The position numbers were made by a program, and so were the translations under genes. From IMG/VR virus record IMGVR_UViG_3300028374_000796: 64,000 nucleotides of DNA, one strand, 5' to 3'. This document shows positions 37,911-48,104 of the stretch, piece by piece. The stretch is from a virus. Within the stretch, counting starts at the first letter, position 1, and every line of letters begins with the position of its first letter. The notes under the pieces were generated by a model. It worked only from the letters and a program-made list of their open reading frames with translations. It did no database searches and was not told where the DNA came from.

Positions 37911-39116
37911 TTAAAATACGTCAGAAACGTCGGGATCGGACTGCCAGAGTTTCGAGAGATCAACATCATCTCTCCCTCCGTCAGACGCTGCTTTCACCCG
38001 CCCGCCAAGACTTTGAACTCCTTTGGAACCTGATGCTTGGCGTTGGCCTTGCGTAGATTCTTGTTGTGGAGCCTTCGTCTGTGCTTCTTTTGGAACCGTG
38101 CCAGAAAAAAGATTTGCGAGAACAGAGTCGTCTTCAGCAATCGAAGCTCCTACTGTGTCCATCGTTGGTTCAAGTTCGATGTCCATGTCTGTGGGGGCAT
38201 AGCCATCCATATCCATGTCGTCATGATCTTCAAGATGCTCATCAGCATCCATCATTTCCGCAATCATCGCCTCGATCTCAGGGTCTTCCTCTGAGTGAGT
38301 TCCCATATCCATTGGGGTACCTGCTTCTTTATCTTCATCTTCATCATCATCATCTTCGTCATCTTCGTCATCTTCATCTTCGTCGTCTTCGTCATCTTCA
38401 TCTTCGTCCTGTTCAGACAACATCTCACGAAGCATTGCTTCTACTTCGTCATCATCATCGTCCTCTTCATCTTCATCATCTTCGTCTTCTACTTCATCAT
38501 CTTCAGCAAGCATCTCACGAAGCATTGCTTCGATTCGATCTTCATCAAAAGAAGAAGCTTTTTTCTTGCCTTTCTCTTCTTCGTCTTCCTTAGCGTCTTC
38601 CTTAGCGTCGTCTTCTTTCTCTTCTTCGTCGGCATCAGCCAATCGAACAATAGTAGAAATAACAACTTCGTCGGGAAGGCTCATGAAATCAAAAGCCTGC
38701 GCTTCAATAAGGGATTCAGGTGCGCCGGGAAAAAGGGCGTCTGCGATTTTGACACATTGAAATGCTTTTCGCTCCAAGTGTGCATATACATCGCGACTTG
38801 CTTCTCTTTGCTGACTAGCAGACCGGTTACGATCGCCACCATCAAAGGTGTAAGCATTGTCATAGGCATCATCGGAGTTCCACTCATTCACATCTTTGTG
38901 TGTAAGATTGGACTCTGACATATTAGGTTGACCAATTTCATTTCGGCCAAGTGCGGGGTCGTCAGGAAGAGGCTGATGTACATCTTCAGCCCAAGCACTG
39001 GGGTCTCCAGCTTGGTACTTGTCATGAGCAGGTTGCTCACGTTCCTGATTCATTTTATAAGGATCTGCTTTTTTGTTCCAAGAAAGTCTTTTTCGACTCA
39101 TGATTTTTACCTCCAA
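37911..39116 (-). CDS. Putative scaffold protein (highly acidic)
   Basis: Poly-D/E tracts, repeated EAMLREML; position between protease and decoration/MCP. Confidence 0.5.
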   Translation of the reverse strand: MEVKIMSRKRLSWNKKADPYKMNQEREQPAHDKYQAGDPSAWAEDVHQPLPDDPALGRNEIGQPNMSESNLTHKDVNEWNSDDAYDNAYTFDGGDRNRSASQQREASRDVYAHLERKAFQCVKIADALFPGAPESLIEAQAFDFMSLPDEVVISTIVRLADADEEEKEDDAKEDAKEDEEEKGKKKASSFDEDRIEAMLREMLAEDDEVEDEDDEDEEDDDDDEVEAMLREMLSEQDEDEDDEDDEDEDDEDDEDDDDEDEDKEAGTPMDMGTHSEEDPEIEAMIAEMMDADEHLEDHDDMDMDGYAPTDMDIELEPTMDTVGASIAEDDSVLANLFSGTVPKEAQTKAPQQESTQGQRQASGSKGVQSLGGRVKAASDGGRDDVDLSKLWQSDPDVSDVF

Positions 39117-39255
39117 ACCACGGTGGGGTGGGTATTGTCTTACGAACTAGCGCTAGTTTGTTTGACTTACCCTCTGCCTTTATGGTAAGAAGGTAAGATA
39201 AGTGAAGGGAGAAGGATCTAAGCCTTCCCGCAGTCGCTTCACCTAAAGGGTTTCT

Positions 39256-39266
39256 ATAAATAGAAT
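39256..39266 (-). promoter_or_regulatory. Putative late-promoter motif ATTCTATTTAT upstream of the scaffold-decoration-capsid operon
   Basis: Matches the recurrent 11-mer seen upstream of about 16 minus-strand genes. Confidence 0.55.
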
Positions 39267-39304
39267 AGCGAAATAAACCCTAGTTTTTCTTTGTTTAACT
39301 GGAT

Positions 39305-39688
39305 TTAGTCTGAATTTTTGGTAATAAGAGATAGTAGCTCTATTCTCAATTCAGGATTTTTATGTGCAATTCTGATAAGGGAATCTCTCAACTGAGTAGA
39401 AGATTCTTTCTCCAGATCATCTTCTACCTTCTTTTTGCTTTTAGTCTCAGGCTTTTTCTTATTACTCTCGTGCCATTCTTTTTGGATCCTTATTCTGTCT
39501 TCCATAGGCAAAGAATGATATTTAACGTCCTTGCCGGTTTCAGGATGTTTGAACTTCTTTCCTTCCATAGCATCCAAAAACTTACTTTTTCTGCCCTTAG
39601 CACTCGCAAGAAGTGATAGAACTTTGGGCTTGAGTTCAGGGTTTTTATGTGCTACCTTAATCAAGGTATTTCTTAGCTTTTTATTCAT
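39305..39688 (-). CDS. Small protein with the tag variant at both ends
   Basis: LRNTLIKVAHKNPELKPKVL and LRDSLIRIAHKNPELRIELL. Confidence 0.7.
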   Translation of the reverse strand: MNKKLRNTLIKVAHKNPELKPKVLSLLASAKGRKSKFLDAMEGKKFKHPETGKDVKYHSLPMEDRIRIQKEWHESNKKKPETKSKKKVEDDLEKESSTQLRDSLIRIAHKNPELRIELLSLITKNSD

Positions 39689-39701
39689 GATGGAATCTCT
39701 C

Positions 39702-42515
39702 TTATTTTAAAAGTTTACTTCTACGAATGAGAACCTTAGATTCCCCTACGGAAGTTTTTCTACCCAAAGCCAAGTGACAGGCATTCAGAAATGAATGAAC
39801 ATTGTTATAGTTGGAAGACCCACCTACCTTAGATAAGCAAGTATATAGTTCAGAGGGTAAAGGACTGGATCCATAGTCTCTATCTTTCAGGTACATAGCA
39901 GCAACAATGTCTCTATTAGATACCTGATTCATTCTAGCTACCTTGTCCCATCCTCCTTCTTTAGCTTCATAGATAACAGAAAAGACTTTTCTCAAACGAG
40001 TGCTATTCTTAATCTCAGATGAGTATCGAGAAGAGAATGCTTGAAAACCTGAAATGATATTATCATTCACGTTAGGCTTTCCACTGTCTCCTTTGTCCTC
40101 AAACAAAACTTCCCGTGGGTCTAAGCCCAACTCGTTTTTCATATCCTCAGTGATTTCTTTCTTGATATCGTTATGAAGCTCTTTCTTGATATCGTTTCGA
40201 ATTTCTTCGATAGGAGAACCTTCATCTCCTCCTTCTTCGTCTTCCTCCTCCTCATCATCAAAACCAAAGGACTTTTTAGATACGGAAGCTAAACGAGAAT
40301 TCAATTCCTCTTTGAGAATACGAACAGACTCTAGTTCTTGCCCCAGTATTTCTTGGGCAGCCGTTCTAACATGTTTGTCAATGTTCTGACTTTCCAGAAA
40401 CTCTGCCAACATAGGAGAAGCTGTAAGCAACTCAGCTTGCTTCTCAGCGGTTGCTTCTCTCTCTTCAGGGGTGATATCGGAAGAAGAGTTAAGAATGCTT
40501 CTAAGGACCGCTCCTTTGAATGCAGGGTTAGCTACCCAAGAAGCTTCAATGAAAGTAACGGATTCTGGATCAGTTTTATAACCACAGAGTTCTGCAATTA
40601 CACGCTTCTTTCCTTTGGCATCATGAAAATAATTGCCTTTCTCATACTTGACATGTTCGCAAAGTTCTGTTTCGTCCGCAGCTACGTTTCCACATTTCGT
40701 GCAAATGCTGTATTGAATAGAGCATCCCATACTCAAGGTATTGATTTTTCCCGCTTCGATATCTGCAACAAGTTCACCGTGCTTACGGTTAGTTGCTACC
40801 AAAATATCAACATAGACGGTATCGCCCAGGTCTCTGGATACTGCATCAATTACCTTACCTTTTGATAAATCTGGAATCTGAATGTGTTCTACATAGTTTT
40901 CGGCACCAATGAAAGTACGATAGGTACCCATGAGAAGTTCTCGCTCCCACGCATCTCCATTGCAATTATGAACTGCGAATCCATTAGCTAAGTACGAATG
41001 ATCCTCTTCTACCTCGATATTATAGACTTTAGTGTTTTCGGGTCTTGCCTCGACTTCGGTGATCATTTGGACACAATAATCATTAATGAATCGATGAGAA
41101 GGGGCTGTTTGCACTTTCACGTCAAATAAATCCTCATAGATAGTGTCTTTAATTAATTCAGACACCCAACAATATCCAACGAGGACTTCCCAACATTCTA
41201 GGGTAGTACTAAGGTCATTTATAACAGATCCCGTTACAGGGTCTTTGATACGACCAGGACGTTCTCGGTGAGAGCGGCGGGACGAAATTCCTAATGAATT
41301 TAGAATTTGATGAACTTGATTAATCAGGGAAGCAGAGGCCGAGGTACCCTCTAACCTAGGAGCCTTTTCTCCCGTAGGGACGAAAAAGGATCCATCTCCT
41401 TCAAACCAACCTCTGAGAATTTCAAAAAGAATTTCAGAAGACTCTTGTAGAAGGTATGGATGTAGGTATTTTGTTACAGACTCATTACCTTTTACCCATT
41501 TTTGGAAAAAAGATACCATATCTCTATTAGTGCGGGTCGTGGTGACATAAATACCCTTATGGTCACTGGAATCACGAACTACACATTGGACCCCAAATTC
41601 GGACTCCATTAATTCTACGACATTTTGTGCTAAAGTATGACGCTCATTTTCGTGAAATGCCCACAGTACCCCTACTTTGGAATTATCATTATAGCTATCA
41701 AGTTCATAATGACCTTCGGCAAGGAAGTATCCTATGAGACGAGCTTGTCCTTTGGTAATTCCAGTGTTATATACATCTATAGGGATAATAGGCTGCGTAG
41801 CAAAATGCTGTTTAGGAGTTAAATCCTCTGCTTCCAAAAAAGTCCCGTCTTTTTCTTTAAGAAGGGATTTATTAGAAGCTCCCTTTTCATAGTAGCACCA
41901 CTTAGAACAATAATGTCTGCCTAGTAAATGAGATGCGCTTTTATTATTTCTATCAATGTCGGAACCACACTCAACACATTCTTTATTAGCCTCAAAGACA
42001 AAGAAAGGATGCTCGGGAGTGGTACTAAGACGCTCATTGGATCCCTGGATTTTAATGTCCAGAATATTTCCCTCATAATCATTTTCAAAAGTCTGTGTAA
42101 CTTTTCTAATTCTCCCCTTATGAGTTCTTACCTCATCTCCAACTCGAACATCTTCGATATTTTTGACAGTACCATCACCCATAGTAATATGAGTACCGCT
42201 TTCAAAACAGTTCACAAATTTTGAAGTTTCTGGTGTGATATAATAATCGTTGTGGAGTCTCTTAATGGACTGACCACCGTCCCCCTGTATCTTTTCCCCT
42301 ATCTTTACGTTAGGAACTTCATCAACGTCTACAGACGCAATGATAGTACAGTGAGTAAGGAGGTATTTGCTGGGATCAGCATACTCTCCTAAATTAATAG
42401 AAGATCCTGTTTTGTTAAAAGGATCAGTGGAAGAAGCCTGGCGGATTTGATTCCACTTATCTTTTCCCACATTAGATTCTTCAACGATAGCTTTTGCAAA
42501 TTTTAAGAAGGCCAT
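39702..42515 (-). CDS. Prohead maturation protease, intein-containing, with long C-terminal extension
   Basis: Extein reads FVN/CNGDAW...YVEHIQ (His)...NTLSMGC (Ser)...FIEASWVANPAFKGA. Confidence 0.8.
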   Translation of the reverse strand: MAFLKFAKAIVEESNVGKDKWNQIRQASSTDPFNKTGSSINLGEYADPSKYLLTHCTIIASVDVDEVPNVKIGEKIQGDGGQSIKRLHNDYYITPETSKFVNCFESGTHITMGDGTVKNIEDVRVGDEVRTHKGRIRKVTQTFENDYEGNILDIKIQGSNERLSTTPEHPFFVFEANKECVECGSDIDRNNKSASHLLGRHYCSKWCYYEKGASNKSLLKEKDGTFLEAEDLTPKQHFATQPIIPIDVYNTGITKGQARLIGYFLAEGHYELDSYNDNSKVGVLWAFHENERHTLAQNVVELMESEFGVQCVVRDSSDHKGIYVTTTRTNRDMVSFFQKWVKGNESVTKYLHPYLLQESSEILFEILRGWFEGDGSFFVPTGEKAPRLEGTSASASLINQVHQILNSLGISSRRSHRERPGRIKDPVTGSVINDLSTTLECWEVLVGYCWVSELIKDTIYEDLFDVKVQTAPSHRFINDYCVQMITEVEARPENTKVYNIEVEEDHSYLANGFAVHNCNGDAWERELLMGTYRTFIGAENYVEHIQIPDLSKGKVIDAVSRDLGDTVYVDILVATNRKHGELVADIEAGKINTLSMGCSIQYSICTKCGNVAADETELCEHVKYEKGNYFHDAKGKKRVIAELCGYKTDPESVTFIEASWVANPAFKGAVLRSILNSSSDITPEEREATAEKQAELLTASPMLAEFLESQNIDKHVRTAAQEILGQELESVRILKEELNSRLASVSKKSFGFDDEEEEDEEGGDEGSPIEEIRNDIKKELHNDIKKEITEDMKNELGLDPREVLFEDKGDSGKPNVNDNIISGFQAFSSRYSSEIKNSTRLRKVFSVIYEAKEGGWDKVARMNQVSNRDIVAAMYLKDRDYGSSPLPSELYTCLSKVGGSSNYNNVHSFLNACHLALGRKTSVGESKVLIRRSKLLK
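40965..42209 (-). mobile_element. Intein (415 aa) with LAGLIDADG endonuclease
   Basis: Starts CFESGTHITMGDG; TTPEHPF block B; LIGYFLAEG and LRGWFEGDG; ends VYNIEVEEDHSYLANGFAVHN followed by Cys. Confidence 0.92.
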
Positions 42516-42535
42516 TATTGGATCTCCAATTAGGA

Positions 42536-43477
42536 TTATTCGTTATTTCGATAAGTGCCGCGATAGAATCTTTCGAGCACGTTGTTAGTGGTAGTATCAA
42601 AATACCCAGGAGTTCTAACAACTTTTTGCTTAGGTACGTCATCATCCTCTACAACAGGGAGTGGACCTGCGCCTAAATCTTCGGGGGTATCTTCTAATTC
42701 TTCTATCCTATCTTCATCAGCTTTTTTAAAAATGCTTGATTCACGGTCTCCATAAACCGCTTGAAGAAGGGGATCCTTAGGGGTGAAGAAATCCACAACG
42801 GTTCTTTGTTGGTCCAAAGGTTCTGGTTCTTCTCCAGGATTTAATAAATCCGCAGGAGTGATCATCCAAAGACACTGTGGACAAACATAGAGCTTTGTTC
42901 TTTTCTGATAACAGGCTTTCTGCAATTCAGTTTTGCACTGAGGACAATGAAAACAGCTTGTTTCTACTTCGGATTGAGTAGGGCCATATTGACGACCTTT
43001 AGCTTTCCAGTATAAAGAGTTCTTGACTCTTGATTCTATAAAGGCTACTCTAATAGATCTCTGAATTTCATCGTCACTATGCGTTGAAGCAAAACGAGAA
43101 AAGAGGAAGTTATAGGCATCCATTTCTTGCAAGCCTTCTTCCCGTAACCTATTAGCTTTTGATACTAGATTAGAATACCTTTTATGGTAAAAAGAAGATG
43201 CTACCCTCTGAGCGCGTTCGCGCTCCCAAGTATTATCTCCAGTATCTTCCAAATCTGTATCTTCAATATCCCGTTTCGTTACTTCCGTAGGAGATAATCG
43301 AAGTGTTCCAAAAGATGTTTCAACATCCAGGAACCCAATCTTATCTAAAACAGCAGTAACTCTACCCATAGAAGGAGCATATCTGTTCCCCCTCGTGAAA
43401 ATAGGTAGGAGCACAATGTCTCCTATTGTAAACTGTTGACAGAGCTTCCGCTCATCTATGTAGGCTTTTTTAGTCAC
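42536..43477 (-). CDS. Hypothetical protein (SH3-like N-terminus, Cys4 zinc ribbon)
   Basis: FTIGDIV...GRVTAV; CPQC...CPQC. Confidence 0.7.
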   Translation of the reverse strand: MTKKAYIDERKLCQQFTIGDIVLLPIFTRGNRYAPSMGRVTAVLDKIGFLDVETSFGTLRLSPTEVTKRDIEDTDLEDTGDNTWERERAQRVASSFYHKRYSNLVSKANRLREEGLQEMDAYNFLFSRFASTHSDDEIQRSIRVAFIESRVKNSLYWKAKGRQYGPTQSEVETSCFHCPQCKTELQKACYQKRTKLYVCPQCLWMITPADLLNPGEEPEPLDQQRTVVDFFTPKDPLLQAVYGDRESSIFKKADEDRIEELEDTPEDLGAGPLPVVEDDDVPKQKVVRTPGYFDTTTNNVLERFYRGTYRNNE

Positions 43478-43556
43478 AAGAGGGCTCCGTAGTTAAAATG
43501 AAAAAGAAAAGCCCGACCGCCTTTCTAATAAATAGGAAAGACGGTCGGAAAACTTT

Positions 43557-44153
43557 TCATCCCCAATAATCGTCGGAGTCTTTTCCTGCGACTTTGGAAT
43601 CATTCCAATAATCATCGGTAGAAGAAGTCTTAGACTCTCCCCAATAATCAGTGGAGGCTTCCTTTTTCTCTTCTTCCTTTTTCTCTTCTTCGTCCGCATC
43701 ATCTGCAAAACGATACCAAGAAGCAGACTTGGTATTGCTTAGTTCGGACTGTGGCTCTCCTTCAAGAGTTTCTTCATGGAATTGTCCATGAGGATCCTTT
43801 TTCATGTGATCCATATAAGGCTCATCAGTGTCGCCTTCGCCATCTTGAACCCCGTGCTGGTTGAACTGATCCATATAGGGTTCGTCAGGCTGGGTTTCAA
43901 GTGTCTTAGCTTGACGATCAAGTCCAACTAATCTTTCCAAACGATCGGAAAGACTGTCGACATGAAGACAAAAGTCATAAGCAGCTTTTTTTGACAAGCC
44001 ATAAGAGTTCCAGTTTCCTTGAACTTCAGTGGCGATTTTATCGAGACGCTTAGTATAAGCGATGATTTCTCTTTTGGTTAGCATATTCCCTTCCCTCTGT
44101 GGGTGGTTAATGATCTGTCGGTGAAAATGTCTCAACGACCTGCCCGCCATCAA
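43557..44153 (-). CDS. Hypothetical acidic protein; probable start 44084
   Basis: GGGAA SD before MLTKRE; repeated DEPYMD and DDYW. Confidence 0.65.
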   Translation of the reverse strand: MMAGRSLRHFHRQIINHPQREGNMLTKREIIAYTKRLDKIATEVQGNWNSYGLSKKAAYDFCLHVDSLSDRLERLVGLDRQAKTLETQPDEPYMDQFNQHGVQDGEGDTDEPYMDHMKKDPHGQFHEETLEGEPQSELSNTKSASWYRFADDADEEEKKEEEKKEASTDYWGESKTSSTDDYWNDSKVAGKDSDDYWG

Positions 44154-44195
44154 AGGCGGAAATAGTCGTTACAAACAAACTACAAAAAGATTATT

Positions 44196-45590
44196 TCAAT
44201 TTTCGGTAACTCTCAGTAATAAATCTAAGAGAGCGTTATAGGTTGGTGCATCAATTGTGTTGTCATACTTCCCCTGATCACAAGTATAAATAGAGTAATC
44301 AAGAGCAATTCTACATGCCATGTCTGGATTATATCCAACCAGGTCATTAGATAGAAAAGGCTTTTTTAAACATTCCATTGCTTCATGTATAATAACAGCA
44401 AAATCTTTTTCATCTAGCTGTCTGGGGTCTTTGAGACGCCATTTAGGTGAAAGAGTCTTAAACCCATCATCTTCATGGAGGGGTCCAGGTAGACCACGAT
44501 ATTGTGCCCCTTTCCTAAATCCTGATCGGATAGCAGAGGCGATTTTTTTACCTTTTTCATCTGTAGTGGTTTTCTTCATCTCTAATGCCCCATCAAGGAT
44601 ATATTGCAAAGTGGTGATCCAGGCTGCCTCATTAGACAGATGGTTTTTTATTTGGTCCGAGGCTTCTTTTGCGGTTTCTATAAGAGTTTCTGTTTGCTCA
44701 AAGCCTGTTCTTCTTAACCTTTCTCTCCATTCTTTAGCCTGTTTCTTCAGTTCGGATCGGGAACCCTGATCAAATTCTTCGTCAGGTTCCTCAATATTTC
44801 TGAGAATTTCATCTAGATCTAAAGGGGGAAAGTCCTCTTTCTTAAAATTTTCCCAGGCATTTTCTACTAGCTGTATCATGACCTGATAGTAACTTTCATA
44901 CCAACCCCGACTCTCGGTGAGGCTTTCATTAATATACTTTTCTTTAAAATAGGTCAGATTGTCTGCGAACTGTTTTGCGTCCCAATTTTCCATGTGACGG
45001 CGAAACCGATGCCTCTCTTTGAGCTTGACCACTCCCTCTTCAAATACTTCATCCCGATCCCATTCAGGGGGCTTAGGACGAGTCTTTAATCCAAGGGCTT
45101 GCTTTATTGCTTTCTTTTCCCCAGCACTATAATCACTCCCCAGCATGTGTTGTAGCTCTGCTGCAGGTCTTTCGTATAGTTTGATAGCAGCATCTAGGAC
45201 CGCCTGCTCTGTTGCAGGACGATTCTCTTTTATGGGTTCCTTCTCTTTTTCTGATTCTTCTTCTATCTCATCAACGTCTTCTTCCAGATTGTCTTCTTCA
45301 ACTTCTTCTTCATCTTCGAGTTCTAATTCGTCTTCATCAAACTCAAAAGAAAGTATAGTTTTGAGAGCTACCCTCTTTGCAATAGAGGACCCTCCAATGT
45401 CCTTATAGTTTAGAGAAAGATCCTTATCATCACTATCGAGATCGGGATCTTCTACTTTAATACGGTCACGATTCTTGTCAGTTCTTGGAGGTTTCTTAGT
45501 CGGGCTTTTCTTAACCAGACGCTCTACTTCCTCGTTCTCTCTTTGGTATTGGTCCTTTGTGGACGTTTTGTATGGAGAAGTTTTCACCAC
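44196..45590 (-). CDS. Hypothetical protein next to portal
   Basis: ORF track; contains SIAKRVALK. Confidence 0.7.
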   Translation of the reverse strand: MVKTSPYKTSTKDQYQRENEEVERLVKKSPTKKPPRTDKNRDRIKVEDPDLDSDDKDLSLNYKDIGGSSIAKRVALKTILSFEFDEDELELEDEEEVEEDNLEEDVDEIEEESEKEKEPIKENRPATEQAVLDAAIKLYERPAAELQHMLGSDYSAGEKKAIKQALGLKTRPKPPEWDRDEVFEEGVVKLKERHRFRRHMENWDAKQFADNLTYFKEKYINESLTESRGWYESYYQVMIQLVENAWENFKKEDFPPLDLDEILRNIEEPDEEFDQGSRSELKKQAKEWRERLRRTGFEQTETLIETAKEASDQIKNHLSNEAAWITTLQYILDGALEMKKTTTDEKGKKIASAIRSGFRKGAQYRGLPGPLHEDDGFKTLSPKWRLKDPRQLDEKDFAVIIHEAMECLKKPFLSNDLVGYNPDMACRIALDYSIYTCDQGKYDNTIDAPTYNALLDLLLRVTEN

Positions 45591-45685
45591 GGTTTAGCCT
45601 ATTAGCAAAAAAGAGGATAGGGGATGATAATCATTACTACTTAATATGAGAAGATTATCATCCCCCCACCACTTCTTTATTCTTC

Positions 45686-47455
45686 TTAGAACCTTCCGCC
45701 GCCCTCTTCAGGTTCGATATACTGTACATCGAACTGAGATACCTGTGACAGATACTTAATGAATAGGGGAAGGAAGTCAGACTTCTCAACCATTCCCCTT
45801 CCTACTTCACTGAGAACGCCTCTAATGGCTTCGTTGAAGGTAGCATCGTTGACGGTGAACATATCATTCTCTAACTGCTCACGAACCGCGTCAGGGTCCA
45901 AGTTAAATAGTTCAAGAATATAGTTGACAGAGAGGGAACCTTTCTGGTATAGATTGAACAGAGAGTCGAAAGTGTCTCTGTTATCTCTGACTGCCAAACG
46001 AGTGAAAGATAGTTTGGGGTAAAGAAGTACCTCATTACCAAATTCATCCATCTCTACAAAGCCTTTCCTTCTTGCAATAGGCTTAAAGAGATATTCTTCA
46101 ACATACCGTTGGATGTGGTCTCTATATAGAAGGTATCTATTATTGATTATCTCCAGATTGATTTTTTCTGCGCCAAAGGAACCATCTCCTGTCAGCATAG
46201 ATTCAGTCACTCCCAGTCCAGCGAACAACTGACGATCGGTCATATCATATTCACCACTCAAATTGAGCAGCCTAGAGTCCGCAGATATCTCTTCCCAATT
46301 CACCTGATAGTTCGTGATAATGGAAAAGTCAGGATCGAGTAGAGCAAGGTCAACCTGATCTCGTAATTCTTCTACATCATGAACATCCAAATCTTCTGCA
46401 TAAATAAGACGCTTTGGAGTCATTGCTCGGGAAGCGATACTTGTCTGTGCCTGTCTCAGTTTGTCTCTGTATACCAGAGTTCTAAGACACCTCTGGAGAA
46501 TAGAAACTCCATTGGTTTGATAGCTCGGTTTTGATCTAGCCAGATGATAGACAAAAGACCCTTCATGGGGATCGGTTCCTAGAGGAATGTTTTGTCCCGT
46601 TTCCAAATACTGCCGAATCTCTTTAGGGATATTCAGGTATTGTTTACTTGCCTGGGGATCCCCTTGCATAGCTCGTTGTACTAAATTAGCAGTTCTGGCA
46701 TCGGGAATGAGTTCAATGATATCTTCATCACTAAACTGAAAAGCATTTAGTTGTACTTGATCCGGTGGCAAAACTTGAAGTCTTTTCCAACCTTTATAAT
46801 GCTTTCTTTTATACTCTTCTTCAAGCTCACGCCAATTTGATCTATTCTTCTTCGTTACAACAGCTTCGCCGTCAAGTGTAATCTCATGTTCATACTTGAA
46901 ATAGATTTCTTCAGGGACCTCTACGGGAGTATCCTCTGCAAAAATAAAAGCCTCTCCGATCACATAATACTCACGAGTCGCATCAATGAGAACTTGAAGT
47001 AAATTAATTTGATCTACCATATCCGTAAAATAGGTTAAAATCTTACGGTTTTGTTTAGGGTCTTTCCCTTTAGGCAAAGTCAAACGAATCTTAGAAAGAG
47101 GCAACTCAGTATGGAGATCAATTGCTTGACCTACATAAGGATCATTATTATAGAAATGCCTGTAATAGGACCTTTGCTCTGTTCTATTCTGAGGAAGCTC
47201 AAGGAAGTCTGGAGACAAGTGTGGGCTATAAATATTAGTCCCCTGTCCATGCATAAAGCCGCCTCCGAAAGCACCAGCTCCCATTCCACCACTACCTGTT
47301 CTAAGGTTCATAGAAGCTACTGCGACCTTCTTACGGCGAGACGCTTCTACTTTCCTGCCCGGGGTTATCTCAACCTTACTAGGAGGATAAGAAGACCTAC
47401 GCACCTCTGAAACTCTGGATACAATTACACTTTGATCATCATTTGTTCTTGCCAT
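45686..47455 (-). CDS. Portal protein
   Basis: 589 aa between terminase and protease; YYRHFYNNDPYVGQAIDLHTELPL, LQVLPPDQV, helical clip region, LFAGLGVTESML. Confidence 0.8.
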   Translation of the reverse strand: MARTNDDQSVIVSRVSEVRRSSYPPSKVEITPGRKVEASRRKKVAVASMNLRTGSGGMGAGAFGGGFMHGQGTNIYSPHLSPDFLELPQNRTEQRSYYRHFYNNDPYVGQAIDLHTELPLSKIRLTLPKGKDPKQNRKILTYFTDMVDQINLLQVLIDATREYYVIGEAFIFAEDTPVEVPEEIYFKYEHEITLDGEAVVTKKNRSNWRELEEEYKRKHYKGWKRLQVLPPDQVQLNAFQFSDEDIIELIPDARTANLVQRAMQGDPQASKQYLNIPKEIRQYLETGQNIPLGTDPHEGSFVYHLARSKPSYQTNGVSILQRCLRTLVYRDKLRQAQTSIASRAMTPKRLIYAEDLDVHDVEELRDQVDLALLDPDFSIITNYQVNWEEISADSRLLNLSGEYDMTDRQLFAGLGVTESMLTGDGSFGAEKINLEIINNRYLLYRDHIQRYVEEYLFKPIARRKGFVEMDEFGNEVLLYPKLSFTRLAVRDNRDTFDSLFNLYQKGSLSVNYILELFNLDPDAVREQLENDMFTVNDATFNEAIRGVLSEVGRGMVEKSDFLPLFIKYLSQVSQFDVQYIEPEEGGGRF

Positions 47456-47462
47456 ATTTGAC

Positions 47463-47819
47463 TTACTCCTGTACTTCCTCTAAATATCGTTTAAGACGCT
47501 CAATCTTTGATTCAACTGATCTTGATTCTTTAACGATAGTCTCTTCTATTATTTCTTCCCTTTCAGCGTCCCGCTCAAAGGCGTAAAGTCGCCTGTTCAA
47601 TTTTCTTAGAATAGGCATTTCCCGAACTCTACGAAGGACATCTCCAAAGAATCTCTCTTCGACTTCTGCGATCTTTCTTTCATGAACCTTCTCTACAAGA
47701 AGATTCTTGATTTTTTTGCTAGTATCCCCAGCTAATTTTAAATCACGTTCCAATCTGGAATACGTTTGTCTTAGGAGCGACATCAACTCTTTCAATTCTT
47801 TTAGCTCATCCTTATTCAT
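47463..47819 (-). CDS. Hypothetical coiled-coil protein
   Basis: ORF track; GAGG SD. Confidence 0.6.
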   Translation of the reverse strand: MNKDELKELKELMSLLRQTYSRLERDLKLAGDTSKKIKNLLVEKVHERKIAEVEERFFGDVLRRVREMPILRKLNRRLYAFERDAEREEIIEETIVKESRSVESKIERLKRYLEEVQE

Positions 47820-47828
47820 GTTCTTCCT

Positions 47829-48104
47829 CTATTTTTTATCTAAGAAAGGGCGATCTTTCAGTTCTTTTTTTAGCTTCAAGAAACTTTTACACACTTTCCG
47901 CATTAACTGCCATTGATCCAAAGATCCTTCCGCAAGACCTACCCAGCTACCTTCTGATTTTTCAAAAAGATCCTTTAGTAATAGGTAGTCTTCCTCCTCC
48001 ATTCTTTTATAATGATCTCCCATTTTTCGGATATAAGTATGGATGGTCACATACCAAAAGCGTTCTTTCAGGGGGAGTTTATCTTTTTCTTCTTCTTTGC
48101 TCAT
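47829..48104 (-). CDS. Hypothetical protein
   Basis: ORF track; coupled to terminase stop. Confidence 0.6.
   Translation of the reverse strand: MSKEEEKDKLPLKERFWYVTIHTYIRKMGDHYKRMEEEDYLLLKDLFEKSEGSWVGLAEGSLDQWQLMRKVCKSFLKLKKELKDRPFLDKK

Noticed and set aside
38066-38918. Long plus-strand ORFs (175 and 207 aa) over the scaffold gene and TCATCTTCG-type repeats
   Set aside because: Antisense shadows of Asp/Glu codon runs; the same applies to most short plus-strand ORFs in the track
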